From positions 682,001 to 746,000 of the forward strand of contig CM022679.1 of the NCBI GenBank assembly GCA_012295275.1: a stretch of 64,000 nt of DNA, in the 5' to 3' direction. Source of the stretch: Chrysomallon squamiferum (Eukaryota > Animalia > Mollusca). Below are positions 15,501 to 27,336 of this stretch, in pieces. How positions within the stretch are numbered: position 1 is the stretch's first letter; every line of letters begins with the position of its first letter. The notes below the pieces were generated by a model. The model made no database searches, was not told the DNA's origin, and was given only the letters and a program-made list of their open reading frames with translations. Both the position numbers and the translations under genes were made by a program.

Positions 15501-17183
15501 TAATATCACAGACATTCTACAGTTTATGTGTATCTTTAGTATGACAGACATTCTACAGTCTGTGTATCTTTAGTATCACAGACATTCTACAGTCTATGTG
15601 TATCTTTAGTATCAGAGACATTCTACAGTTTATGTGTATCTTTAGTATCACAGACATTCTACAGTTTATGTGTATCTTTAGTATCACAGACATTCTACAG
15701 TTTATGTGTATCTTTAGTATCACAGACATTCTACAGTTTATGTGTATCTTTAGTATCACAGACATTCTACAGTCTATGTGTATCTTTAATATCACAGACA
15801 TTCTACAGTCTATGTATCTGTGTATCTTTAATATTATAGAAATTGTACAGTTTATAAATATATTTCTACATCTTTATATTCAGACTGACTGATTGTTTAT
15901 ATTCACGTATCTGATTTAAAATATTTTCTTTTCCACTGCAAAATGTAGACTAATATCGTAACTCACCTTTACTAAACACACTCAGGTATCCATCCCTGCA
16001 TTTGTACGTGAAACACGGGTCTTTACTGTCCGGGATGAAAATATCTCCATGTTTGTACACACGGTTTACAAAACGGCAACTTTTCAGAACTAAACGTGAA
16101 ATAACAATAATGTTGATTAGACAATATGTAGACATTCAAACTGTATGCAGTCTGAAACAGTTTGAAAAGATACCGATATTACACAAACAAAATAGATATA
16201 GAAGTGAAGACAGTATTTAGATTTACAGACAATATGTGCATACATGCACACACACATACTGGCTGTACATTCAAGCAATATATAGAAGCGCATACATTAT
16301 TCAGACAGAGACATTCAGACAATGTTACAACTTGTTATAAACACTACCAAACATTGAGACAACGTTACAACTTATAAACACTAACTACCAAACATTCAGA
16401 CACTGTTACAACTTGTCATAAACACTACCAAACATTCAGACAACGTTACAACTTATAAACATTAACTATCAAACATTCAGACAATGTTACAACTTGTTAT
16501 AAACACTACCAAATCTTCAGACAATGTTACAACTTATAAACGCTAGCTACCAAACATTCAGACAACGTTACAACTTGTTATAAACACTAACTACCAAACA
16601 TTCAGACAACGTTACAACTTGTTATAAACACTGACTACTAAACATTCAGACACTGTTACAACTTGTTATAAACACTGACTACCAAACATTCAGACAACGT
16701 TACAACTTATAAACACTAACTACCAAACATTCAGACAACGTTACAACTTGTCATAAACATTAACTACCAAACTTTCAGACAATGTTACAACTTGTCATAA
16801 ACACTGACTACCAAACATTCAGACAATGTTACAACTTATAAACACTAACTACCAAATATTCAGGCAACGTTACAACTTGTCATAAACACTGACTACCAAA
16901 CATTCAGACAATGTTACAACTTATAAACACTAACTACCAAACATTCAGACAACGTTACAACTTATAAACACTAACATCCAAGCATTCAGACAACGTTACA
17001 ACTTGTAAACACTAACATCCAAACATTCAGACAACGTTACAACTTGTAAACACTAACATCCAAGCATTCAGACAACGTTACAACTTGTAAACACTAACAT
17101 CGTTTCTGTTGTGCATGTGGCTCTGCAAGTAGGACGACTACCATCGACAGCACAGTGAGGACTCTGAGCATCGTGTACGACAT
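11533..17183 (-). CDS. Gene B: secreted Cys-rich protein, short 2-module form (~107 aa, 6 Cys); coding exons 17183-17099, 16089-15967, 12691-12593, 11549-11533
   Basis: MSYTMLRVLTVLSMVVVLLAEPHAQQKR/FLKSCRFVNRVYKHGDIFIPDSKDPCFTYKCRDGYLSVFSK/GCYMNGVCLPLGAKQVSQCGRDRHGVVGFHPVT/SNILL*. All introns GT-AG phase 1; Cys spacing and 123-nt exon 2 match gene A. The tiny last exon is the least certain part. AATAAA on the minus strand near 11474. Confidence 0.85.
11600..12580. repeat. Compound (TG)n/(TATG)n microsatellite filling gene B intron 3
   Basis: Directly visible; source of the long His/Thr and Val/Cys/Met spurious ORFs. Confidence 0.95.
12712..15850. repeat. ~3.1-kb minisatellite, 29-36-bp units (TGTGTATCTTTAGTATCACAGACATTCTACA[GTCTA])n, in gene B intron 2
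   Basis: Directly visible; the block at 13461-13643 recurs at 14608-14790, showing a higher-order duplication with an offset of 1147 bp. Confidence 0.97.
16310..17100. repeat. ~40-44-bp minisatellite (CAAACATTCAGACAACGTTACAACTTG[TT]ATAAACACTAACTAC)n in gene B intron 1
   Basis: About 19 copies, ending exactly at the exon-1 donor. Confidence 0.93.
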
Positions 17184-17390
17184 CGCTGAAATAATAACAA
17201 CATACGTTTATTTATGCATTATAATTGCAGCAAGCGTAGACGTAGTAGCAGTGTATTAATATTAGTAGCAGACGTTGTAGCAGTAGTAGTAGTGGCGATG
17301 GTGGTGGTAGTGAAATTGTAGAGAAACCAGAACAGAAACTAATCACTTTCAACATCTTGTGAGTTAATATAGCAGCAGTGGTAGAAGTAA

Positions 17391-17432
<42 letters not shown>

Positions 17433-20224
17433 CAGTAGTAGTAATAGTAGTAGCAGTTGTAGTAATACTTTTAGTAGTAATAATAGTACAAATAGTAGTA
17501 CAAATAGCAGTAATAATAATAGTAGTAGTAGTAGTAGCAGTAGTAGTAGTAATAGTAGTATTAGCGATTAAAAACCAACAATAGGAATAATAATAATAAA
17601 AAACACATATAAAATATAATTACCTTTGCTATAAAGGACACTGACCAATTTTGTCTCTGTTCAGAGTTGTACACGCTGTTCAAATGAATACCAATGCAAT
17701 AATCGACAGAAGAATTGTAATAACTGAAGTGTCAGTAACATTATTTAATTTTGTTCTGCAAATTTTGAACACGTAAATGTCTTTGTTTGCGTGTACCTGA
17801 TGGCGAAATTACCCGATGACACAATTTATTTTATTGTATCAGAGACGATTAAATCATTTTGAAATGACGTACTATGACTTCGGAATAACCTGAATTGTGC
17901 GTGGACAAATATCTGACTCATTGTCCTCCCGGTCACATTTGTAAGTAATAACCGTGGTAAACAACAAGAGCATAACACGTGGCTTTCAGTTTAGACTCTG
18001 TAGAATTTCTATAAATATAAAGGTGCAAAGTGAAAGTGATGGTTGATATTCAGGTGAAAATACAGATCAGGTATTCTCAATATGTCTACATTTTTCTGTA
18101 CGTCCAAAACACTCTGTATTTGTAAGTACTGTCTTCTCAGTGTATAGATGTTTACATGATTTTTTGATTTTTTTAAACATATGGAGTCTGTCTACATAAT
18201 GTGTCTGTGTCTACATATTAAGTGTGTATAAACTGTTTGTATCTATTTAGTGTGCCTACACATTGTTGGTGTGTTTACATATTGTATGTACGTCTGTATA
18301 CTGTCTGCTTGTGTGTGTATTCGATGTGCATTTCCATACGCTATATGTTTTATGTGTCAACATTTTTATTTATTTATAAATCATTATTAATTTTTTACTT
18401 TCGTTTTCTTTAATTTCAGTTATTTTGATTTGATTTGATTTTATTAGTGGTAATTTAATTTAATTTTTTGTTATTATTATACCACTGGGCACTAAGAAAG
18501 TATTAATTTATTTGTTTATTTATTTATTACAGCTATCTTTGTATTCATCACATATTATTAATTTATTAATATTTTTTTGTTTGTCTGTTACTTTTTTTGT
18601 CTTGTAGATTTATAGTCTACATTATTTTTTTTGTCTCTTTTGTTTTTCAGAATGCCGAACAAAGTCAAGAAACAGAAACGTCAAAATGTGAATTCTACTT
18701 TACAAACACGTCCTTGTAAAACACTTACACAACTGTTCACTTTATGTGTTATATTATTACTATTATTATTATTGTTATTATTATTATTACTATTACTATT
18801 ATTACTATTACTATTATTATTATTATTATTACTATTACTATTATTGTTATTATTATTATTATTACTATTACTATTATTATTATTATTACTATTATTGTTA
18901 TTGTTATTATTTGTCTCTAGGTGCTGTGTACAAGTCTTTTTAACTTGAATCTTGTCGACAATTCTAGTCTTAATTTTTTATTTAATTTTTAATAATATGC
19001 AGCAAATATCAAGCAGAATGAAAATGCAGAGAATAAACGCTCACACAGAGAAACACATAAACAAATAAACAAATAAATAAATAAACATAACACAAAACAA
19101 ACTTTCTAAAAGAAATGTCTACGAGCAAACAGAAAATATTTGTATGACTGTCGTACAAATAATTATAACAAAAAAAGAGATAATTTTGCAGAGATTATAA
19201 TCAGTCAGAGCGAAGCATTTAACCAATCAAAACTCCGCACAAAACCATAACAGCATTTTTTTTATTTTTTTTTTATTTTTATTTTATTAATTTATTTAAG
19301 TGTGAACTAGCAGTAAAATAAACAGTTAAAAACAAAATACTGAGTGAAACCTAATTTAGGTAGATCTAAACTGAAAGATAGCGAAGTATTTTGTAAACAA
19401 ATATACTACTGCTTGTCTGATCTAACATCAACCTTGCTTTTACAGCAATTTTACGATTACTCAGTCTGAAATGACGCGTTACGTAAATAGATTCATCATA
19501 TTGAGCAGTTCAGTCTGAATGGACTTTACACAGATGTGACAATATAAACCTTACAAGAAGACAGTTGTCTGAACACAACGCACTGGATACAGCGCATGAA
19601 ACACGTGTACTGCGTGGGTCTAAAGAAAATCGCTTCTTTCATTTATGAAGTAGTCTGAACGAGAATTTTAAATAAATGATGACCGGATTGACAGCTGATT
19701 CAGTTTTATTTTTACATCAGACTAGACATGTTTTCTATTTTCTTCCTGTGTCCATCTGAATACAGTAAATAGCCAACAGACAGTTAAACAATTTCTCTGT
19801 GTGTGAGATATAAACACCAGTAACTGTATTTTAAATTTAAAAACCAACACACGACTGTCATAACCAGCTGCTAACTATCATATTAATCTAATTTTTACAT
19901 ACCATCTGAGAGATTAAATAACAACATTAATAATAATTTAAAAAATAATAATAAAATTTAACCATCCATATATTTAAAACTGTCATTAGTACTGACAGTT
20001 TTATGTGTTTTTGTGAAACAGTTCTGAAATTGTTTTTATTCAAATCTTTTCAAATCAGATTTTAAATTACAGTTTTGAATATTCAGTTATCGTTATATGT
20101 GCTTATGCTACAGTTAAAAGTAATTTAATATTATTCAAAAATCCTGTCAAAAACAAAAATACCAGTTACGTAGAGAAGCATCCAGTAATGACTAAAGATA
20201 CCGTCACAACCCAACTACGACTGG

Positions 20225-20345
20225 CACGTGAAATGGGGCGTTCTGATTGGTTAAATGAAATGGTTTGATTGGATATATGTAGTGCTTTTAGTGGTAAACG
20301 CTTCGTTTTGATTGGTGGCATGCATCGTCCTCACTGATTGGATGA
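20225..20345 (+). promoter_or_regulatory. Candidate promoter of gene C: four reverse CCAAT boxes plus an E-box
   Basis: ATTGG at 20246, 20268, 20311 and 20337 and CACGTG at 20225, just upstream of a probable 5' UTR exon ending at the TTAG|GTATGT donor near 20437. Confidence 0.45.
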
Positions 20346-20719
20346 CACTCTGCAAATTATCATTTTTCTTGTCATTATTCGTAGACTAGTGACACTTTAC
20401 CGTTATTGTGAAAACAAATTGTGAATCTTTTAGTTAGGTATGTTGTTTTTATTTTATTGTGTTTTGTTTTGTTTTGCTTTATTTTACTGCTGTGCGCGTG
20501 CGTGTGAATGTTTTTATTCTTGTGTCTTGGTTTTTGCTTGAATTTTACGGAAACAAGAATAACAATATCAATAATAATAATAATCATGATAATGATAATA
20601 ATGATGATGACGATGGTGATGATTAAAACAAAAATCAAAACGTTGGAATTTAAAATATTTGTTTACATTCGCCGGAGACAAACGTGTATTTCTCAAATAA
20701 AACTAATTACAACTGCACA

Positions 20720-20945
20720 ATCACATACACACATACCCTTTACACATACATACATACCCTTTACACATACATACATACCCTTGTACACATACATACATAC
20801 CCTTTACACATACATACATACCCTTGTACACACACATACATACCCTTTACACATACATACATACCCTTGTACACATACATACATACCCTTTACACATACA
20901 TACATACCCTTATACACATACATACCCTTATACACATACATACAT
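20720..20945. repeat. TACA-derived minisatellite (ACATACATACCCTTTAC...)n
   Basis: Directly visible. Confidence 0.85.
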
Positions 20946-21078
20946 AAATGCACACTGAAAAATATGTGTGCGAAAACCTTAAAACAGTAAATATAACTGC
21001 AGTATCTAACAAAAATTACAAACATTGATAAAAACGACAATAATATGTTTATATGTCAAATCCAGGTTTCAGACAAAA

Positions 21079-24000
21079 ATGTTTTCGCTGATTACAAGTT
21101 TGAGTCTGGTTGTTGTTGTGCTTGCCCACCCAGACAACAGCGAAGAACGACGTAAAATATTTTTATACTTCAAGAGTTAAATATACAAACATCTGTACAG
21201 ACATTTTACATACATCTGTATTAACAGACACTTTACATACATCTGTACAGACACTTTACATACATCTGTACTAACAGACAGTTTACATACATCTGTACTA
21301 ACAGTTTACATACATCTGTACTAACAGACAGTTTACATATATCTGTACTAACAGACACTTTACATACATCTGTACAGACATTTTACATACATCTGTACAG
21401 ACACTTTACATACATCTGTACTAACAGACAGTTTACATACATCTGTACTAACAGACACTTTACATATATCTGTACTAACAGACAGTTTACATATATCTGT
21501 ACTAACAGACAGTTTACATATATCTGCACTAACAGAAATTATATCAAACATCTGAACTAACAGACGACAATCTGTAAAATATTTTTATTTATAAATATAC
21601 AAACATCTGTACAGACATTTTTACAGACAGAAAATCTGTTTTACATACATCTGTTTTACATCTGTACTAACAGTTTTACATCTGTACTAACAGACAGTTT
21701 TATATCTGTTGCCCATCCAGTACTAACAGACAACACATCTGTACTAACAGACACTTTACATATATCTGTACTAACAGACGTTTAAAATATTTTTACATAT
21801 ATCTGTACTAACAGACAGTTTACATACATCTGTACTAACAGACAGTTTACATACATCTGTACAGACAGATTTACATACATCTGTACTAACAGACAGTTTA
21901 CATACATCTGTACTAACAGACAGTTTACATACATCTGTACTAACAGACACTTTACATACATCTGTACTAACAGACAGTTTTTAACAGACACTTTACATAC
22001 ATACATCTGTAACAGACACTTTACATACATCTGTACTAACAGACAGTTTACATACATCTGTACTAACAGACAGTTTACATACATCTGTACTAACAGACAG
22101 TTTACATACATCTGTACAGACACTTTACATACATCTGTACTAACAGACAGTTTACATACATCTGTACTAACAGACACTTTACATACATCTGTACTAACAG
22201 ACACTTTACATACATCTGTACTAACAGACAGTTTACATACATCTGTACTAACAGACACTTTACATACATCTGTACTAACAGACAGTTTACATACATCTGT
22301 ACTAACAGACAGTTTACATACATCTGTACTAACAGACAGTTTACATACATCTGTACTAACAGACAGTTTACATATCTGTACTAACAGACAGTTTACATAT
22401 ATCTGTACTAACAGACAGTTTACATATATCTGCACTAACAGACAGTTTACATACATCTGTACTAACAGACAGTTTACATACATCTGTACTAACAGACACT
22501 TTACATACATACATCTGTACAGACATTTTATCTGTATTAACAGACACTTTACATACATCTGTACAGACACTTTACATACATCTGTACTAACAGACAGTTT
22601 ACATACATCTGTACTAACAGACAGTTTACATACATCTGTACTAACAGACAGTTTACATATATCTGTACTAACAGACAGACATTTTACATACATCTACTAA
22701 CAGACAGTTTACATACATCTGTACTAACAGACAGTTTACATACATCATCTGTTTACATACATCTGTACTAACAGACAGTTTACATACATCTGTACTAACA
22801 GACAGTTTACATACATCTGTACAGACAGTTTACATACATCTGTACTAACAGACAGTTTACATACATCTGTACTAACAGACAGTTTACATACATCTGTACT
22901 AACAGACACTTTACATACATCTGTACTAACAGACACTTTACATACATCTGTACTAACAGACAGTTTACATACATCTGTACTAACAGACAGTTTACATACA
23001 TCTGTACTAACAGACAGTTTACATACATCTGTACAGACTCTTTACATACTAACAGACAGTTTACATACATCTGTACTAACAGACAGTTTACATACATCTG
23101 TACTAACAGACAGTTTACATACATCTGTACTAACAGACAGTTTACATACATCTGTACTAACAGACAGTTTACATACATCTGTACTAACAGACAGTTTACA
23201 TACATCTGTACCTGTAAACAGAGGAAGAATGCAGCACATTTTTATATATTTCTTATTCCTGTTTTTACGTGCGTATTTACTGAGACACATTTTTAAAATT
23301 AAATTTATTATAATCTACATTTGTAGTAAACTGTTATTATGGTCTAAAGGCAGTCACAGATGGAAGTTTGTTTACTACGTCGTTGAGTGGACCCTGCGTC
23401 CAGTATAAGTGTGTCCACGGAGACGTCGTCGTAGAAAAAGCAGGTACGTGTCTTATTAGTTTACACACAGACTGGCACATATTCACACATGAACACAAAC
23501 ACGTACACACACACATATTTATATACATACACAAATACACACATACACATACACAAATACACACATACACATGAGTCCATCCTCCATCCACAGTATCCAT
23601 ACATAGACATAAACATACACGTGCATTCATTCATGCATCCATACATAGACATAAACATACACGTGCATGTTTGCTACGTTTTAGACTGTTACGTCAGTGG
23701 TACGTGCATTGCTGAGGGTACGACGAAAGCAGTATTATGTCAACCGTATAGGTGTGGTCGAAGCCCCGAGGGTAAAATTGGATTTTTCCCAGTTGCTGGC
23801 TCTCAACTTCGTAAGTGATTCTTCCAAACACTTGAACACATTTTAGAAAAATGATTCCCTGATTTGAAAAATTCATTGAAGAACGGAGAAAATGAAGGAA
23901 ATGTTTTTTTTTTTTTTGTAAAAAGCAGAAGTCTCAGAGCCTGGCTATTTCCTCCCCAACACAAAACAAAAAACTGTCACATTCGTTCAGCTGTCTGCGA

Positions 24001-24192
24001 TTATGTTCATGTAAAATATCGTCATCTGAAATGATTTAACTTCCAGACTGTCCAGACAAAGATGGAAACTGCGGCTACAACGACGGCGACGTTGTACGCC
24101 TGGATGTAGGGTCGAAGCTGCTTGACTGCACGTGTCGTGTAAATGAAGAAGTTGGTCACGTGACTTACGAGTTCTGCAGAGAAGTTTCTTAA
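21079..24192 (+). CDS. Gene C: secreted Cys-rich protein, 3-module form (~153 aa, 12 Cys); coding exons 21079-21151, 23327-23443, 23685-23810, 24047-24192
   Basis: MFSLITSLSLVVVVLAHPDNSEER/LNCYYGLKAVTDGSLFTTSLSGPCVQYKCVHGDVVVEKA/DCYVSGTCIAEGTTKAVLCQPYRCGRSPEGKIGFFPVAGSQL/HCPDKDGNCGYNDGDVVRLDVGSKLLDCTCRVNEEVGHVTYEFCREVS*. GT-AG phase-1 introns; clear paralogy with D and E. Confidence 0.9.
21190..23210. repeat. 27-bp minisatellite (TACATACATCTGTACTAACAGACAGTT)n in gene C intron 1
   Basis: About 2 kb, directly visible. Confidence 0.97.
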
Positions 24193-24460
24193 ACTGACTG
24201 TACAAGCCTCGACAACACGCACGACTTTTAGAACTTGTTTAGAACTTGTTTAGAACTTGTTTAAAACTTGTTTAAAACTTGGGGAGGGGCAGTTACGTTT
24301 ATGTTATAGGGGTTGGGAGGGGATGGGGGTCGGGCACTGGCAGCGAGTTTTATCTTAACTGAGTTTAGCCAACTCTTCACACGACTAGGAAAATGTGTAA
24401 AATTAGCCATTTCAATACTTCAGACTAATAGAACACTATTACTATTATTATTATTATTAC

Positions 24461-24508
<48 letters not shown>

Positions 24509-25476
24509 CATCATTATTATTTATTTATTATTATTATTACTATTACTATTATTATTATTATTTATTATTATTATCATTATTATTTATTATTATTACTATT
24601 ATTATTATTATTATTAATTATTATTATTATTACTATTATTATTGATTGTTTATGTATTTTACAGATGTGTCTAGTGCTGGGTAACTAATAATTAATTGTA
24701 AAAGATAAAATAAATCAGTTTAAATCACACTGAGTCTTTGTTAAATATGTTTTTGTTTCAAGTTTCACACAGCAGCCCTTTTGTCCTACTACTGCTACTA
24801 CTACTACTACTAGATTACTAAAACTGTTACTACTAATAAAATAATAATAACAGTACTAATAACAACAACAACAACAACAATAACAATAACAACAACAACA
24901 ATAATAATAATAATAATAACAATAACAACAACAACAATAATAATAATAGCAATTCTGTCAAAGTGAAACTGATATTGTGTTTGACTTGTGATTATTATTA
25001 TTATTATTATTATTATTTGTTGTTGTTGTTGTTGTTACTACTACTACTACTACTACTACTACTATAGTGAACAACGTTAAAAACGTACCATCAGTTGATA
25101 ACAAGTCTGAATCGGACGTATTCGTATCTGCAATAAAAGTTTCAATTACACGCAACGTACTACCTTATATAGCCTGCCTGGCGACAAAGTAATATTGATA
25201 TTGAATTTGACTTTTGATTAAATTGTGATTAACAAAGTTACACAGACAGTAATATTTGTTATGAAGTCAGAAGTAAATTATTAAAAAAAAAAACAAAACA
25301 ATAATAGAAGAAAAAAGAATGCATATAAGAAGATTTGATAAAATCCGTTTCATTAACTATTGAAGTCTGGCTGTGTGTAAATGTTACAACAGACAAATGA
25401 TCTGTCACTGGACAAAGCTCCACAAATCTATTTCTTCCTGGTCTTGTTTATCAAAGACCGTTGTATGCATCTTAAG

Positions 25477-26081
25477 GGTGGCTGGAAAAAAGTCACAGAA
25501 AAAAGTCACAAAATGAATGAGTTTGTAGAGTATTGAATGTGGCAGCATAGTATGCAAGGGGTAATTGTTAAGCTTATGGATTAGGCTAGACTAAAGAAAA
25601 GGGCTTCACGTTGTGCAGGGGAGGTGACTTGTTACACATTAATTAGGATCTGTTAGGAAGGATTAGTTCCAGCTTACTGATTAGGATAGATTTAAACTAA
25701 GGGCTTCCTGTTGTAAATGAGTTATAAAATGTCCCAGGTTAAAATGTGTTTCACTATATATTCTCCAGCTTGCTCTAGAAGTATTTATAATATGGAAGTT
25801 ATTCATAGCAATAAGGGTGGTCGCAGGATCTGTTATGAGGGGTTCATGTACACCAAACATTCAACTCGCAAAACAAATTTGTGGTGGAAATATGTGAAAA
25901 GATCTAGTTGTAATTGGCAGAATTTCTTCATGGTACTGGCTGGAACATCCGCCTAAACCACCAACATTAAAATCAAATAACATTAACAAAAAAACTCTGA
26001 CAAAATGTGTTTAATATATCTTTCATTTCTAATATATTTCTTAATCTTAATTAAAAATTGTGACTTGTTTTCCTAGAATCG
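25477..26081 (+). mobile_element. Internally deleted DNA transposon relic carrying a degenerate FLYWCH zinc-finger fragment (Mutator-like)
   Basis: The frame at ~25790-25915 reads MEVIHSNKGGRRICYEGFMYTKHSTRKTNLWWKYVKR, resembling the FLYWCH pattern SxKGxxxLxxxGYxYxK...WxC with Cys changed to Tyr. Imperfect inverted ends: GGAAAAAAGTCACA at ~25484 and TGTGACTTGTTTTCC at ~26060. No target-site duplication seen. Confidence 0.55.
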
Positions 26082-26798
26082 CTTCTAGTCTGCATCATGC
26101 AGTGGACATTCATCTCTGCAGTAGTCACGTGGGACAAATCTTTAAGCTTTCGAGATGGCGTCTGCAGACGTGTTTTCATGTGAACGTTGTCGTGGCTTTT
26201 TCTTGTATCATTTTTCATATCTCTAATATTCATTCCGTCTGTCACAGGGTTACATCTGTGTGTGTGATATACAAACACCAGTAACCGTATTTTAAATTAA
26301 AAAACCAACACACGACCAGCTGTTATCATATTTAGTTAATATATAATCTAATTTTCATTATTTATAAACAGTTTTATGTGTTTTTCATTAAAATCTTCTC
26401 AGATCTGTTCTGAAATTACAGTTCTGTGTATGAAGTTGCCATTATTAATTTTCCTTCTATTATAAAACGGAATTTAATATTATTATTATTATTTTTTAAA
26501 TCCTGCACTAACAAATAATTTAATAATAATAACAATATTAAATTGTAGAATCTGGTTGGGTGGAGCTCTGCAAATGATCATTTTTGTTATTATTCGTTGA
26601 GTGGTGACACGTGTAGCTGCGGTTTGCTCGGAAAGGTTTTTCTGAAAGGTTTTTCTGAAAGGTTTGTTTTTTATTAGGTGTATTTTTTATTAGGTATGGT
26701 GCGTTTATTATTTTATTATTCTGAGAGTGTGAATATTTTTATTCTTTGGATTTTGGTTTTCTTCATTTTGACGAAAATAAGAATACGAACAATGACAA

Positions 26799-26870
<72 letters not shown>

Positions 26871-26881
26871 AAGAAGAAGAA

Positions 26882-26912
<31 letters not shown>

Positions 26913-26959
26913 TAATAATAATAATATGTTTATATGTCAAATCCCAGTTTCAGACAAAA

Positions 26960-27301
26960 ATGTTTTCGCTGATTACAAGTTTGAGTCTGGTTGTTGTTGT
27001 GCTTGCCTACCCAGACAACAGAGAAGAACGACGTAAAATATTTTTATACTTCTACTTTTTTTATTTATCAGAGACACTAATAATTATATATACACAGTGT
27101 GAACAGACACACACTCAAAAACACACACGCACACCACACAGAGAGACAAAGACATATGCAAATACATACACATAACCTGTCACATAAAGTATATATATAT
27201 ATATATACATACATACATACATACATACATACATACATACATACATACATACATACATACAAACATACATATATACATACATACATACATATTATTATTA
27301 T

Positions 27302-27336
<35 letters not shown>

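Noticed and set aside
12712-15850. Regular ~30-36-bp repeats resembling a CRISPR array
   Set aside because: Head-to-tail units with no unique spacers, no cas genes, and located in a eukaryotic intron.
18631-18948. ORF starting after TTTTCAG|AATG, similar in context to gene A exon 1
   Set aside because: No signal peptide or Cys module, and it runs into an (ATT)n tract.
21782-22693. 303-aa Cys-periodic ORF (LSVSTDVCK)n
   Set aside because: Antisense translation of a 27-bp minisatellite with frequent frameshifts.
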